DNA from: Chamaesiphon sp.
GTDB taxonomy: Bacteria > Cyanobacteriota > Cyanobacteriia > Cyanobacteriales > Chamaesiphonaceae
Assembly (NCBI GenBank): GCA_965246715.1
Contig: CBDFFH010000027.1
Coordinates: 145,861-209,860, forward strand
Length of the DNA: 64,000 nucleotides
Reading direction: 5' to 3'
In this document: positions 1 through 8,836 of the stretch, in pieces
Position numbering within the stretch: the first letter of the stretch is position 1
Layout: every line of letters begins with the position of its first letter
The notes under the pieces: generated by a model
What the model saw: the letters and a program-made list of their open reading frames with translations, nothing else
Databases searched by the model: none
What the model was told of the DNA's origin: nothing
Made by a program: the position numbers and the translations under genes

Positions 1-28
1 GCTGTCTTGGATGTATTGCTCAGAGTAA
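1..28 (-). pseudogene. 3' end remnant of an AraC-family regulator gene
   Basis: gctgtcttggatgtattgct is identical to the 3' end of the AraC paralog at ~6509-6528; the sequence upstream is not AraC-like. Confidence 0.5.
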
Positions 29-330
29 TTATTTTCGGGGGAGCAAGAGCACGCTAATTCAGATTTCTGGTTGGGACAATTTGATAATAATCGGCAGGTC
101 TGTTCCAGGATGATAGTTTTCTGCTTCAGACTCCGGTAGATCCCAAGGCACTACTAGTCGATTACTGGCTAACATAGTTATATATGAACTAGAAAATGTC
201 GGTATGCTTTCTGCCCTGACGATCGACCTTGTTTTTGCGACAAAACCATGTTGTCTAGGCTGTACTCGACCCAAAATATAATTTCTTTAGATCGATCGCG
301 GAACTCGACATCACCTTTTTATCACCTCAG

Positions 331-1545
331 ATGCAGTTATCTCAAAAGCCCGGATTCCGATGGCTAGTGCTGGGTGTGGCAACGATCGCGCAAGCAACTG
401 CCTGCTTTTTGGTGCAAGGATTGGGGGCATTATCCAGTCATCTGCAAACCGCGCTCGAACTCAATGCTTTCGAGATTGGATTGCTGGTTTCGGCGGCCCA
501 GATCGTTCCGGTACTGGGGTTGCTAGTTGCAGGCGAACTGCTCGATCGGTTTAACGAACGCCAGATCGTTGGCATCGGAACATTACTGGTGGCGGTGTCC
601 CTCTGGATGGCATCGCTGGCAACCAGCTATGGCAACTTGTTAGTTTGGCTGACGCTAACTGGACTGGGTTACAGCACCGCACAGCCTGGAGGTAGTAAGT
701 CAGTGTCAGGGTGGTTCTCAAAGCCGCAGCGGGGATTTGCAATGGGAATTCGTCAGGCTGGACTACCATTGGGAGGGTCGATCGCGGCGGCAAGCTTGCC
801 GCTCATTGCGACAAATTATGGTTGGCAGGCAGCGTTTAAAGTCGGAGCAGGAGTCGCCTTGGCAGGGGCAGTAGTGTTTATTCTGGTTTACCGATCTCCG
901 CCGGAGAATGCAGTTTCGGCTTCTACCTCTCAACCAAATGTGCGATCAACTTGGCGCGATCGTTTGGCACTGTTGAGATTGCCTCAGATGAGAAATATTA
1001 TTTGCTCCGGTGTCTCACTGATAGCAGCTCAGTATGGAATCGTCATTTTTCTGGCATTGTACTTGCATGAGCGATTCAGGATCTCGATCGAGACCAGCAT
1101 TGTGATGCTATTTATCGCTCAAGGTGCGGGAGTAGTCGGACGAATTGCCCTGGCCAGGTGGAGCGATCGCAGCCAACAGGGACGGTTTTTTCCAGTCTTA
1201 GTGAGCATTGTCGCGGTACTTCTAGGCTTGATGCTGCTGTTAATACCACTGACAAACTCTGTCATCGGATTGGCGGTGCTGTCGATCTGGCTGGGTTTTT
1301 TTGGGTTTGGCTGGTATGGCCCGTGGGTGACTTACGTGAGCGAATCAGCACCACCGTTGCGGGAAGGGTTTACGCTGGGTCTAGCAATGGCAATCAATCA
1401 AGTCGCAGTAATCGGCAGTCCGCCATTGCTAGGGTGGTTACGGGATGCTACGGGCAGTTATACAGCCAGTTGGTTACTCCTTATCGTCATGCTGCTAGCT
1501 TCGTTGTTAATGGTAACGCGGCAGCATGTTCGTTACCGTCATTAG
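331..1545 (+). CDS. MFS transporter
   Basis: 404 aa with ~12 hydrophobic segments and MFS motif-A-like GELLDRFNER. Confidence 0.9.
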   Translation: MQLSQKPGFRWLVLGVATIAQATACFLVQGLGALSSHLQTALELNAFEIGLLVSAAQIVPVLGLLVAGELLDRFNERQIVGIGTLLVAVSLWMASLATSYGNLLVWLTLTGLGYSTAQPGGSKSVSGWFSKPQRGFAMGIRQAGLPLGGSIAAASLPLIATNYGWQAAFKVGAGVALAGAVVFILVYRSPPENAVSASTSQPNVRSTWRDRLALLRLPQMRNIICSGVSLIAAQYGIVIFLALYLHERFRISIETSIVMLFIAQGAGVVGRIALARWSDRSQQGRFFPVLVSIVAVLLGLMLLLIPLTNSVIGLAVLSIWLGFFGFGWYGPWVTYVSESAPPLREGFTLGLAMAINQVAVIGSPPLLGWLRDATGSYTASWLLLIVMLLASLLMVTRQHVRYRH

Positions 1546-1569
1546 TTCTATGCTTGACCTCGCCAGCCA

Positions 1570-1589
1570 GTAGGGTGGGCAGTGCCCAC
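1570..1589 (+). repeat. REP-like GTAG palindrome
   Basis: GTAGGGTGGGCAGTGCCCAC: GTAG foot followed by a GTGGGCA/TGCCCAC hairpin, just after the MFS stop codon. Confidence 0.5.
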
Positions 1590-1650
1590 GAGCAAATTCT
1601 GACGGAGCAATGATTTCAGATTGTTATTGCGATCGCTATTCATTCACTCG

Positions 1651-1672
1651 TTGGCATCGCCTACCGAAGGTA
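1651..1672 (+). repeat. 22-nt double-hairpin insert at a CG^ATCG site
   Basis: tcg-TTGGCATCGCCTACCGAAGGTA-atcgc. Confidence 0.8.
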
Positions 1673-1689
1673 ATCGCAATAGCTGAGAT

Positions 1690-1811
1690 TGATACTCGCT
1701 CGATGCTCTATTGAGAAGATTCTCTAACTGTTTTAATACTTCAATAACATCGTCAAAATTAGGTGCGGTGCCAAGCATTATCCCTTGCATCGATCGATAA
1801 TCTCGCTCCAA
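1690..1811 (-). pseudogene. C-terminal fragment resembling an AbiEii/AbiGii nucleotidyltransferase toxin
   Basis: LERDYRSMQGIMLGTAPNFDDVIEVLKQLENLLN resembles the C-terminal helix region of that family; it is cut off by the MITE at 1812. Confidence 0.5.
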
Positions 1812-1950
1812 TAGACCTCCTGCGAAAGTCCGAGTTCGATCGGCACAACCTATAATTATCAACACGTTTAGCTAATCTTCTATTGTTAGCTAACAATGCT
1901 CGAAATGCTTGGTATTAAAGGATAGTTAAAACACTTTCGCAGGAGGTCTA
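1812..1950. mobile_element. MITE-like element (139 bp)
   Basis: Perfect 18-bp terminal inverted repeats TAGACCTCCTGCGAAAGT (1812-1829) and ACTTTCGCAGGAGGTCTA (1933-1950); no internal ORF. Confidence 0.75.
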
Positions 1951-2059
1951 ATGATTTTAATAAATCATCATATGACACGATGTAGTAGCTGGAAAGTCAT
2001 CGATAAGGTTTGGTCAGATAACTTTGCCATCGATTTAAAATGAGTATTCTGGAATACCT

Positions 2060-3100
2060 TTAAGTATTCGGAGCAGTTAACCAGTTGTGTTGATAAAGAT
2101 GGTTCCAAGCAGTGCGAAGGTGGCTAACCTTGAAGATATTCCGTTTGCGTTCGCTCCACTCTTGAACTAACTCGATCGCTCGATCGCAGTCAATTGCCGC
2201 TTGCGGATCTTCTTTTGCGACCCAGTGGACTGTTGCCAGCATTTCCATTCCGTAGGGCGTTTCAAAGCCAACAATCAGGTTACTAACACGCTCTAAATGT
2301 GAATGAGATTCTTCACAACCCAAGAGAAATGCCTGCGCTTCTTCTCTTCCTGCGGGTAAAACAGCGATTTGAGAGTTTTGGGATCGATCTCCGTAACCTT
2401 TGATAAAATGTCCTTCAATTGCTTGCAGTACATGATTCAGGTTGTCAGCATAAGGCCCATACCGATCTTTTTGATAACGTAGTTTTAAGGGTTCACCTGC
2501 TTCTTGTAGGAAGTAAGCAAGTTTCTGAATCTCTAATTTGGAGAGACTGTAACCTGGAACACCGTATAAATCCAATAATCGAACGAATAAAGCACGAGGG
2601 CGGGTCATATTCGCCTTTTTAGTGCCAGCTTTCATCTTGTCCGCAGGTACGCCGCTAGGCTCGAAAATGATTACTTTAACTTCTGGTAAATTCTCAAACG
2701 CTTTGACGATCAGTGGCTTAACATCATTCCAATCCAGTCCACCGTTACCACAACCAAGAGGTGGAATGGCGATAGATTCTATGCCCAGCCGTTGAACATC
2801 TGTTGCTAATGCTTCCAGTCCAGACTGAATATCATCAATTCTCGATTTTTCTTTCCAGTGACGTTTGGTAGGGAAGTTGATCGCATAGCGGGGGAAAAGC
2901 TTACCCGTTGAGACGATGAACATCTCTCCTGGCTTGACTTCCTTTGCTGTGCAAGCCTTTTTGTACTCTTTGAAAACTTCAGGAAAGACCTGTTTGAACT
3001 GCAAAGCAATACCTTTACCCATTACGCCAACACAATTAACCGTGTTAACAAGGGCTACAGCATTCTCATCAAGGATGTTGCCTTGCTTAAATTCAATCAT
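2060..3100 (-). CDS. darG: Macrodomain antitoxin DarG (DNA ADP-ribosyl glycohydrolase)
   Basis: NTVNCVGVMGKGIALQF, INFPTKRHW, SIAIPPLGCGNGGL, plus the DarG C-terminal KLAYFLQ...YGPY; lies directly downstream of darT. Confidence 0.93.
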   Translation of the reverse strand: MIEFKQGNILDENAVALVNTVNCVGVMGKGIALQFKQVFPEVFKEYKKACTAKEVKPGEMFIVSTGKLFPRYAINFPTKRHWKEKSRIDDIQSGLEALATDVQRLGIESIAIPPLGCGNGGLDWNDVKPLIVKAFENLPEVKVIIFEPSGVPADKMKAGTKKANMTRPRALFVRLLDLYGVPGYSLSKLEIQKLAYFLQEAGEPLKLRYQKDRYGPYADNLNHVLQAIEGHFIKGYGDRSQNSQIAVLPAGREEAQAFLLGCEESHSHLERVSNLIVGFETPYGMEMLATVHWVAKEDPQAAIDCDRAIELVQEWSERKRNIFKVSHLRTAWNHLYQHNWLTAPNT

Positions 3101-3151
3101 GATTATCACCTTGTTCGTACAAAAGTACTAATACAAATATTTTATCAATTA

Positions 3152-3781
3152 TTAGTAATACCAACTAGAGTAAACCTTCACAGGGGGGCAGTAGTTAACA
3201 TTTTGCAACAATTCTTCAACTTTTCCTTTCATTTGGGGGTTGATTACACCAATCTCTCGAATCAGATGCCACGGACAAATTTGATGAACCAGAAATTCAG
3301 CTTGTCTCCTACACTTACGGTTAGGGTCATCTTCTGTATCAAACCAGTACCTCGATTGCATCAAGTTCCAGTCAATTACATCATCTAAGGCATTCAGATC
3401 GTTGTAAAAAGAGGAGTATCCCATAATGGCATGACCATCGGTAAATGCAAACTCGATCTCTGTCAATGAGATGGATTCAGCCTCACAAACAAAATAGATG
3501 ACTGGATTTTGACCGTCTTGATAACCTGCAACATTGCCCATTTTAATGGTGTAGAGCATTGGAGATCGTGGGGCAAAGTAGAAAGGTACATAGTCGTGCA
3601 ACACTCCCTTTGCACCGCAGGGAACCTGAATAGTAGCTCTTCTATCTTGAATGCTTTGATGGGCTATATCTGCATAATTAATCTGTTGCCGATCGAGTGT
3701 ATTCTTAGCCATCAACCCCCCCGCATCAATAATCGATTGTAGGTTTCGGAGATGCGTTATGTGATAGATAGAGGTAGGCAT
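3152..3781 (-). CDS. darT: DNA ADP-ribosyltransferase toxin DarT (DUF4433)
   Basis: YHITHLRNL, HDYVPFYFAPRSPMLY, FTDGHA and the catalytic RRQAEFLV. Confidence 0.93.
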   Translation of the reverse strand: MPTSIYHITHLRNLQSIIDAGGLMAKNTLDRQQINYADIAHQSIQDRRATIQVPCGAKGVLHDYVPFYFAPRSPMLYTIKMGNVAGYQDGQNPVIYFVCEAESISLTEIEFAFTDGHAIMGYSSFYNDLNALDDVIDWNLMQSRYWFDTEDDPNRKCRRQAEFLVHQICPWHLIREIGVINPQMKGKVEELLQNVNYCPPVKVYSSWYY

Positions 3782-3828
3782 CAGAATTTTGGCTACTATG
3801 ACAGGTTTTAGATTAGCAACTTATAAAT

Positions 3829-3860
3829 GTTGAGTTTCGCTAATGCTCTACCCAACCTAC
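3829..3860 (-). repeat. REP-like GTAG element
   Basis: Minus strand reads GTAGGTTGGGTAGAGCATTAGCGAAACTCAAC, an imperfect hairpin with a GTAG foot. Confidence 0.5.
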
Positions 3861-4308
3861 AACTTTTTTGTCCTGATTCACCGCTTAGCAACTCCCCGTG
3901 AGTAGTCGCCAGAGCTAACTCTCCTTGCACCAAATCGGCCTCTAAAGCTGATAATTCTTCAGCTTTGCGCTATAACTCCTCTAGCTCTGGGCTAAGTGAG
4001 ATGACTAATCGATCGCTCATAACTAGATCCAAGACTCCGAAACATAGAATTAAGGTATGTGCGATATACCCAAACTTAGTATGCCCAAAATCTAGATCTG
4101 TAGTTCAATTAAGATGAATCCCGACAATCTACAAATATTGCAATCGGGAGCCTTTTGCCCACTTATTGCCGATCGACAGTTTACGCTCGATTACCTCCAG
4201 TACGCTACGCGAACGCATATATGGTGCTTAATCTAAGGCTGAAGCATGGCTTGACAATTAAGCAAATGCTAAAGTATCCTTTAGTTAAGCATTTGCTTAA
4301 TTATCTCT

Positions 4309-4632
4309 ATGAGTCGATCGACTGCCAGTACCGACATTTTTCAAGCGATCGCCGATCCCACTCGGCGGGCGATTCTGGATCGTTTGCAGTGTGGCGAGCA
4401 GCCTGTCAAGCACCTTGCGGAACCCTTCGCAATGTCTTTACCTGCCATTTCGCAACACTTGCAAGTCTTATCCGCAGCGGGATTAGTCATCCAGCACCGC
4501 CGGGGACGACAGCGCATCTACCGACTCAATCCAGCATCCCTCAAGCCAGTATCAGACTGGTTAAGTCAGTACGAACAGTTTTGGACGGCAAAACTGGATG
4601 CTTTAGGAGAGTATCTGGAGGAACAACTATGA
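4309..4632 (+). CDS. ArsR/SmtB family transcriptional regulator
   Basis: FQAIADPTRRAIL...SLPAISQHLQVL...GRQRIYRL; upstream palindromic TTAAGCAAATGCTAAA / TTAAGCATTTGCTTAA operator-like boxes. Confidence 0.92.
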   Translation: MSRSTASTDIFQAIADPTRRAILDRLQCGEQPVKHLAEPFAMSLPAISQHLQVLSAAGLVIQHRRGRQRIYRLNPASLKPVSDWLSQYEQFWTAKLDALGEYLEEQL

Positions 4633-5582
4633 ACCAGGAGATGGAGCTGGAAACATTTTATCCCCATCCACCGGAGCGCGTGTGGCAGGCATTGACCGAT
4701 CGCCGTGCTTTGAGTGTCTGGATGATGAACAACGATTTTGAAGCTTGCTTGGGGCATCAGTTTCGGTTTGAAAGTTGTCCGCTACCAGGTTTAAAAGTCA
4801 CAATTTACTGCCAAGTGTTAGAAGTGGAAGCACCAAAACGCCTAGTTTATAGCTGGAAAGAGCATCCCTCGGATATAGCGTCACGAGTAATCTGGACATT
4901 ATTTCCAGTCGAAGGCGGCACCCAAGTCCGACTTCAGCATCGAGGTACAGGTGCTGTGTCAATTCCTGTATTTGGGCGGCCAATCGCCGATCGATCTCGT
5001 AGGGAGATTGACTCTCAATTCACATCTGGGACAGCGATCGCACATCCCTTCCAGACAGCCGCTTCTACCTCAAAAGACGGCTTACATCGATATTCGGGAT
5101 TCCCGAACTACCAAATCAACTGGCATTACTGGTTGCACCAAAAATTACCTGGAGTATTAACTATGAGTTCAAATCAACAGCTTCTGCAAAGTTTATACGC
5201 AGCCTTCAATAACCGCGAGCTGGAAACAATCATCTCGGTGATGCACCCAGAGGTGAAATGGGCGAACGGGGTAGAAGGCGGTTTCGTCTATGGACGCGAC
5301 GCGGTGCGCGAATACTGGACTAATCAATATAAAGTTATTCAAGTGCAGCTTGAAACCTTAAAGTTTGAGACGGATGAAAAGAATCGCAATGTCGTTACCG
5401 TTCATCAAATCGTCAGAGATTTACAAGGCAATCTGCTTGCGGATATGACAGTTAAGCAAATCTTTACCATTGAGAATGATGCGTTGGCACAGCCCCTCTG
5501 CAAGAGGATCGTGCTTTATGAAATTGGCGAAACTGAAACCATCCAAGAGATGATTCAACAGACGAAAGCTGCCAACGATTGA
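4629..5582 (+). CDS. SRPBCC (AHSA1-like) domain read in frame into a SnoaL/NTF2-like domain
   Basis: ATG at 4629 overlaps the arsR stop; PPERVWQALTD motif; a second ATG at 5163 with a GGAG RBS starts the SnoaL part (LYAAFNNRE...GRDAVREYW). Confidence 0.8.
   Translation: MNQEMELETFYPHPPERVWQALTDRRALSVWMMNNDFEACLGHQFRFESCPLPGLKVTIYCQVLEVEAPKRLVYSWKEHPSDIASRVIWTLFPVEGGTQVRLQHRGTGAVSIPVFGRPIADRSRREIDSQFTSGTAIAHPFQTAASTSKDGLHRYSGFPNYQINWHYWLHQKLPGVLTMSSNQQLLQSLYAAFNNRELETIISVMHPEVKWANGVEGGFVYGRDAVREYWTNQYKVIQVQLETLKFETDEKNRNVVTVHQIVRDLQGNLLADMTVKQIFTIENDALAQPLCKRIVLYEIGETETIQEMIQQTKAAND
5484..5507 (+). repeat. 24-nt double-hairpin insert (in frame)
   Basis: gcg-TTGGCACAGCCCCTCTGCAAGAGG-atcgt; adds LAQPLCKR to the protein. 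Confidence 0.8.
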
Positions 5583-5621
5583 GCAAAGCCCACACTTCGC
5601 GAACGATGATGTTTCGGCGAT

Positions 5622-5643
5622 TACCTCCGGTAGGCTTCGCCAA
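5622..5643 (-). repeat. 22-nt double-hairpin insert
   Basis: Minus strand: tcg-TTGGCGAAGCCTACCGGAGGTA-atcgc. Confidence 0.85.
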
Positions 5644-5870
5644 CGATCGAGCAGGGATCGATCGAAGCCATAGAAGTCTGTCCACTTCCAGCGTCCGGCT
5701 CTGGTGCCTAAAGTCCGCGCTCCAGCGATCAAAGGCACGACAACATCTATAGAACCCATTTAAGATCTTTTTAGGCGAGGGCTGTTGTCGTTACAATTTT
5801 ATTTACAGATAATATCCCGATTTAGGGTGATATCAAGAAACTTTCTGGATATCATCCCGATTTCCAGGAA

Positions 5871-5906
5871 ATAGGCGGAAAGTTTCCATATAATAAGTAG
5901 TCAGGC
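5871..5906 (+). other. attI-like integron site (relic integron A)
   Basis: ataggcggaaagtttccatataataagtaGTCAGGC closely matches the site beside intI at 22677-22711 on the minus strand. Confidence 0.6.
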
Positions 5907-5956
5907 TAACAAAAACACCCGTCCGCGCGACTACCTACTGATAATGGAGCCAAGAA

Positions 5957-6169
5957 ATGACGACTGAGCCAAATGTGAAGGGGCCTGCTGCTTATTTTCC
6001 GTCAATTGAGAAGAAATACGAAAAGCCAATGAGCTACTGGTTCGCGCTCGTAGATGAACAGAGCGGTCTAAAACACATGGAAATCGTGAACTGGCTAAAG
6101 TCCGAGCATGGAATGGGGCATGGCTACGCAAACGCAGTAGTTGCTTACCACCTTGCCAAGAAGTCATAA
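5957..6169 (+). CDS. DUF4287-like small protein (integron cassette gene)
   Basis: GPAAYFPSIEKKY...KHMEIVNWLKSEHGMGHGYANAVV; lies between the attI-like site and an attC. Confidence 0.85.
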   Translation: MTTEPNVKGPAAYFPSIEKKYEKPMSYWFALVDEQSGLKHMEIVNWLKSEHGMGHGYANAVVAYHLAKKS

Positions 6170-6183
6170 CATGGTGCGGATTT

Positions 6184-6241
6184 GCCTAACTCTTCTTTGC
6201 CGCCGAACGCTTTCGACGGCGGCTGACCTCTGACGTTAGAC
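6184..6241 (+). other. attC site
   Basis: R'' GCCTAAC ... R' GTTAGAC, 58 bp, internal GCCGCCG/CGGCGGC stem; R'' is complementary to the cassette start GT(C)AGGC. Confidence 0.75.
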
Positions 6242-6611
6242 AGACAGATGTTCAGTAGCTTTTAACTTTCACTGTTTGTTCCTATAACTAATTCAAGTTT
6301 GAGATCGCGCATTGCTCAAGAGATCTCAAATAGGTTCTATATATTTAGCTTTGTCAGATGAGGGTGGGCAAATTACTGGTAAGTACTGGTCTAATTCCAA
6401 AATCGATCGACCTTCAGAACTTTCAACAGATATGGATTTGGCCGAACAATTAGTAGCTAAGTGTCATGAGCCAACCAAAATCTAAACACCAAAACCGATC
6501 GCGTTCTTGCTGTCTTGGATGTATTGCTTCGGAGTAATGGACACCAGCCGCTTGAAGTGCGAACCAAAGTGGCTTTGACTCACAAATCCAGTTTCAATAG
6601 CTACACTCTCG

Positions 6612-6636
6612 TTGGCGAAGCCTCTCCTTCAGGAGA
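6612..6636 (+). repeat. 25-nt double-hairpin insert
   Basis: tcg-TTGGCGAAGCCTCTCCTTCAGGAGA-atcga. Confidence 0.85.
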
Positions 6637-6732
6637 ATCGATTTCTTTTTTCTAAGTAGACGTTTTGCCTGTAAAATTCGCAATTGAATTTGATAAGCGT
6701 GCGGCGGCATTCCAAAAGTTCTGCTAAAAGAT

Positions 6733-6754
6733 TACCTCCGGTAGGCTATGCCAA
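6733..6754 (-). repeat. 22-nt double-hairpin insert
   Basis: Minus strand: ccg-TTGGCATAGCCTACCGGAGGTA-atctt; removing it restores HLNRSF. Confidence 0.85.
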
Positions 6755-7323
6755 CGGTTGAGATGAAAGGAACTCAAATTCGCCACCTGTGCCAATTGCT
6801 CTAACGATATTTCTCGATTGTAATTATCTTCTAGATAGTCACGAACGTGATGGACAGGCTGAATTTCCGTTTCTAAATTGGCGAGATCCGGTGGTTTTTC
6901 TGAATAGCGGAGAATTAATTGTGCTAACAAATCTAGGGTCAATGTTTGTTGTTCGAGACCAGAGGTAGATCGTTCGATGGCTTGATGAACTCGAACGAAT
7001 TGGGTATTAAAGTCGCCGTCATGGACTAATGGCAGTGGGAAAAGTGGCAGATCTGTCTCGCGTCCCGCAACTTCTGTCGCCACTTGTTGAAGTAAATCTA
7101 TACCCACCCGTAGCCCGCGAAAAGTGCCGCTCCGCTCGCTAGGAGCATCGACTTGATGCAATTCACCTGGCTGTGTCACAACTAAGGTTTCTGAGGACAC
7201 GCTGTGGATCGTGCCTCGGTAGTTTAACTGCCAGCCGTTACCCTGTCTAAGGTTAAGCTCCAGTTCTTCATGAAAATGGCGGGGCAATGAAAAGCTTTTA
7301 CAAGTATTCTGAAAGAATTCGAT

Positions 7324-7345
7324 TACCTCCGGTAGGCTACGCCAA
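7324..7345 (-). repeat. 22-nt double-hairpin insert
   Basis: Minus strand: tcg-TTGGCGTAGCCTACCGGAGGTA-atcga; removing it restores LPSIEF. Confidence 0.9.
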
Positions 7346-7434
7346 CGATGGCAGGTATCGCGATCGCCAAAGTTTAGGACGTAATAGATCTTCTTTCATC
7401 GGCAGATTTGCTTTCATAAATAGATTTAAGGAAC

Positions 7435-7809
7435 TCAAGTTTGTGCCAGCACAAGTGACTTGTTAAACTGCCGCAGGGGTTCAATTTTGACTGGCAGTTT
7501 CTCTCCTAACCACAGAGCATAATCTGTATGGTCTGCCACTGCATCTCCCGTATTAGGGTGAATGAGAATATCTAAGTTTTCGCGGTGCAGCATTAGCCAA
7601 GGCACGACCTTATCGAACTGATCTAAGGCAAAAGCAGCCTGGTACATCGACTTTGGATGAGGGCCGATCGGTCGATCGTGCCAGCTTCCCAACTGCACTT
7701 CAAAGCGATCGCCTAATCCATACCGCACACGCTCTGCCATCTCGCGGGTCGTGAGGTCGTAATAAATATGGGCATGAAAGCTGGTAATTTCAGCGGTGTG
7801 TTCCAGCAT
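7435..7809 (-). CDS. DOPA 4,5-dioxygenase family protein
   Basis: FHAHIYYD, PIGPHP, ILIHPNTG...DH...WLG motifs. Confidence 0.9.
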   Translation of the reverse strand: MLEHTAEITSFHAHIYYDLTTREMAERVRYGLGDRFEVQLGSWHDRPIGPHPKSMYQAAFALDQFDKVVPWLMLHRENLDILIHPNTGDAVADHTDYALWLGEKLPVKIEPLRQFNKSLVLAQT

Positions 7810-7882
7810 GTATTTTAATTTTGCCGATTTTGGATGTTATGACTTTCTGGTTAAGAACGAACGTGCCTATAACCTAACAAAT

Positions 7883-8731
7883 CTAAACACTGAAACTTAT
7901 CATGTTCTTGCTGTCTCGAACGTATTGCATCGGCGTAACGAAAACGAGCCGCTTGAAGTGCGTTCCAAAGTGGCTTTGACTCGCAAATCCGGTGGCAATG
8001 GCTACTTTTTCGATCGATAGCTCCTGTCTGAGTAGCCTTTTTGCTTGCAATATTCGCACTTGAATTTGATAAGCGTGCGGTGGCATTCCAAATATTTGGC
8101 GAAACGAGCGATTGAGATGAAACGAACTCAAATCGGCAATCTGTGCTAGTTGCTCTAGCGAGATCTCTCGACTGTAATGGTCTTCGAGATACGATCGAAC
8201 GCGCTCGATGGGCTGACGTTCTTGTCCTAATCTAACCAGACAAGGTGGATTGTCAGCACAGCGCAGAATCAATCGTGCTACCAAATCCTGGATCGTAGTT
8301 TGTTGTTCGAGTTGAGAACCCGATTGCGATATGGATTGATGAACTCGCACGATTTGGTGAGTGAGATCGCGGTCGTGGACTAACGGCTTCGGAAAAAATG
8401 GCACCGCTGTTTTGTGTCCAGCAATTTCTAGAGCAACTTGTTGAAGTAAATCTAGATCGATCCGTAGCCCTCGAAATGTACAGTCTCGCTCGCTCATCCA
8501 ATTAGCATGATGGACTTCGCCAGGTTGTGTCACTACTAAGGTATCTGACGGAACGCTATACATCGCGCCGCGATAGTTAAACTGCCACCCGTCACCTTGT
8601 CTAATGACAAGCTCCAGTTCCTCATGAAAATGGCGGGGCAATGAAGCGGCTTTAGAAACACTATGCACCAACTCGATCGATGGCAGGTAGTGCGATCTCC
8701 AAACTCTAATGTGTGAGTGATTTACTTTCAT
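7883..8731 (-). CDS. AraC-family transcriptional regulator (intact copy)
   Basis: N-terminal cupin (PRHFHEE) and C-terminal double HTH (GFASQSHFGTHFKR). Confidence 0.93.
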   Translation of the reverse strand: MKVNHSHIRVWRSHYLPSIELVHSVSKAASLPRHFHEELELVIRQGDGWQFNYRGAMYSVPSDTLVVTQPGEVHHANWMSERDCTFRGLRIDLDLLQQVALEIAGHKTAVPFFPKPLVHDRDLTHQIVRVHQSISQSGSQLEQQTTIQDLVARLILRCADNPPCLVRLGQERQPIERVRSYLEDHYSREISLEQLAQIADLSSFHLNRSFRQIFGMPPHAYQIQVRILQAKRLLRQELSIEKVAIATGFASQSHFGTHFKRLVFVTPMQYVRDSKNMISFSV

Positions 8732-8836
8732 AGGTGATGTTTCTAGTCGGATCGCTCGTCAGTGCCAGGGCGGACTGCTGCGACATCGCGGTAATTTACA
8801 GAGGATGCTGTCGCTGGCTTGGAGTAGGGCAGGGTT

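Larger units (their letters stand above)
6481..7399 (-). pseudogene. AraC-family regulator (cupin + HTH) disrupted by three micro-inserts
   Basis: Paralog of 7883-8731 (LPRHFHEE, SLEQLAQVANLSSFHLNR, GFVSQSHFG); broken at 7324-7345, 6733-6754 and 6612-6636. Confidence 0.85.

Noticed and set aside
3880..4020. Short coiled-coil ORF remnant (MSDRLVISLSPELEEL*RKAEEL)
   Set aside because: Internal stop and too short to assign
4155..4628. 5' part of the 475-aa ORF
   Set aside because: Overlaps the clear ArsR gene in another frame; the real start is ATG 4629
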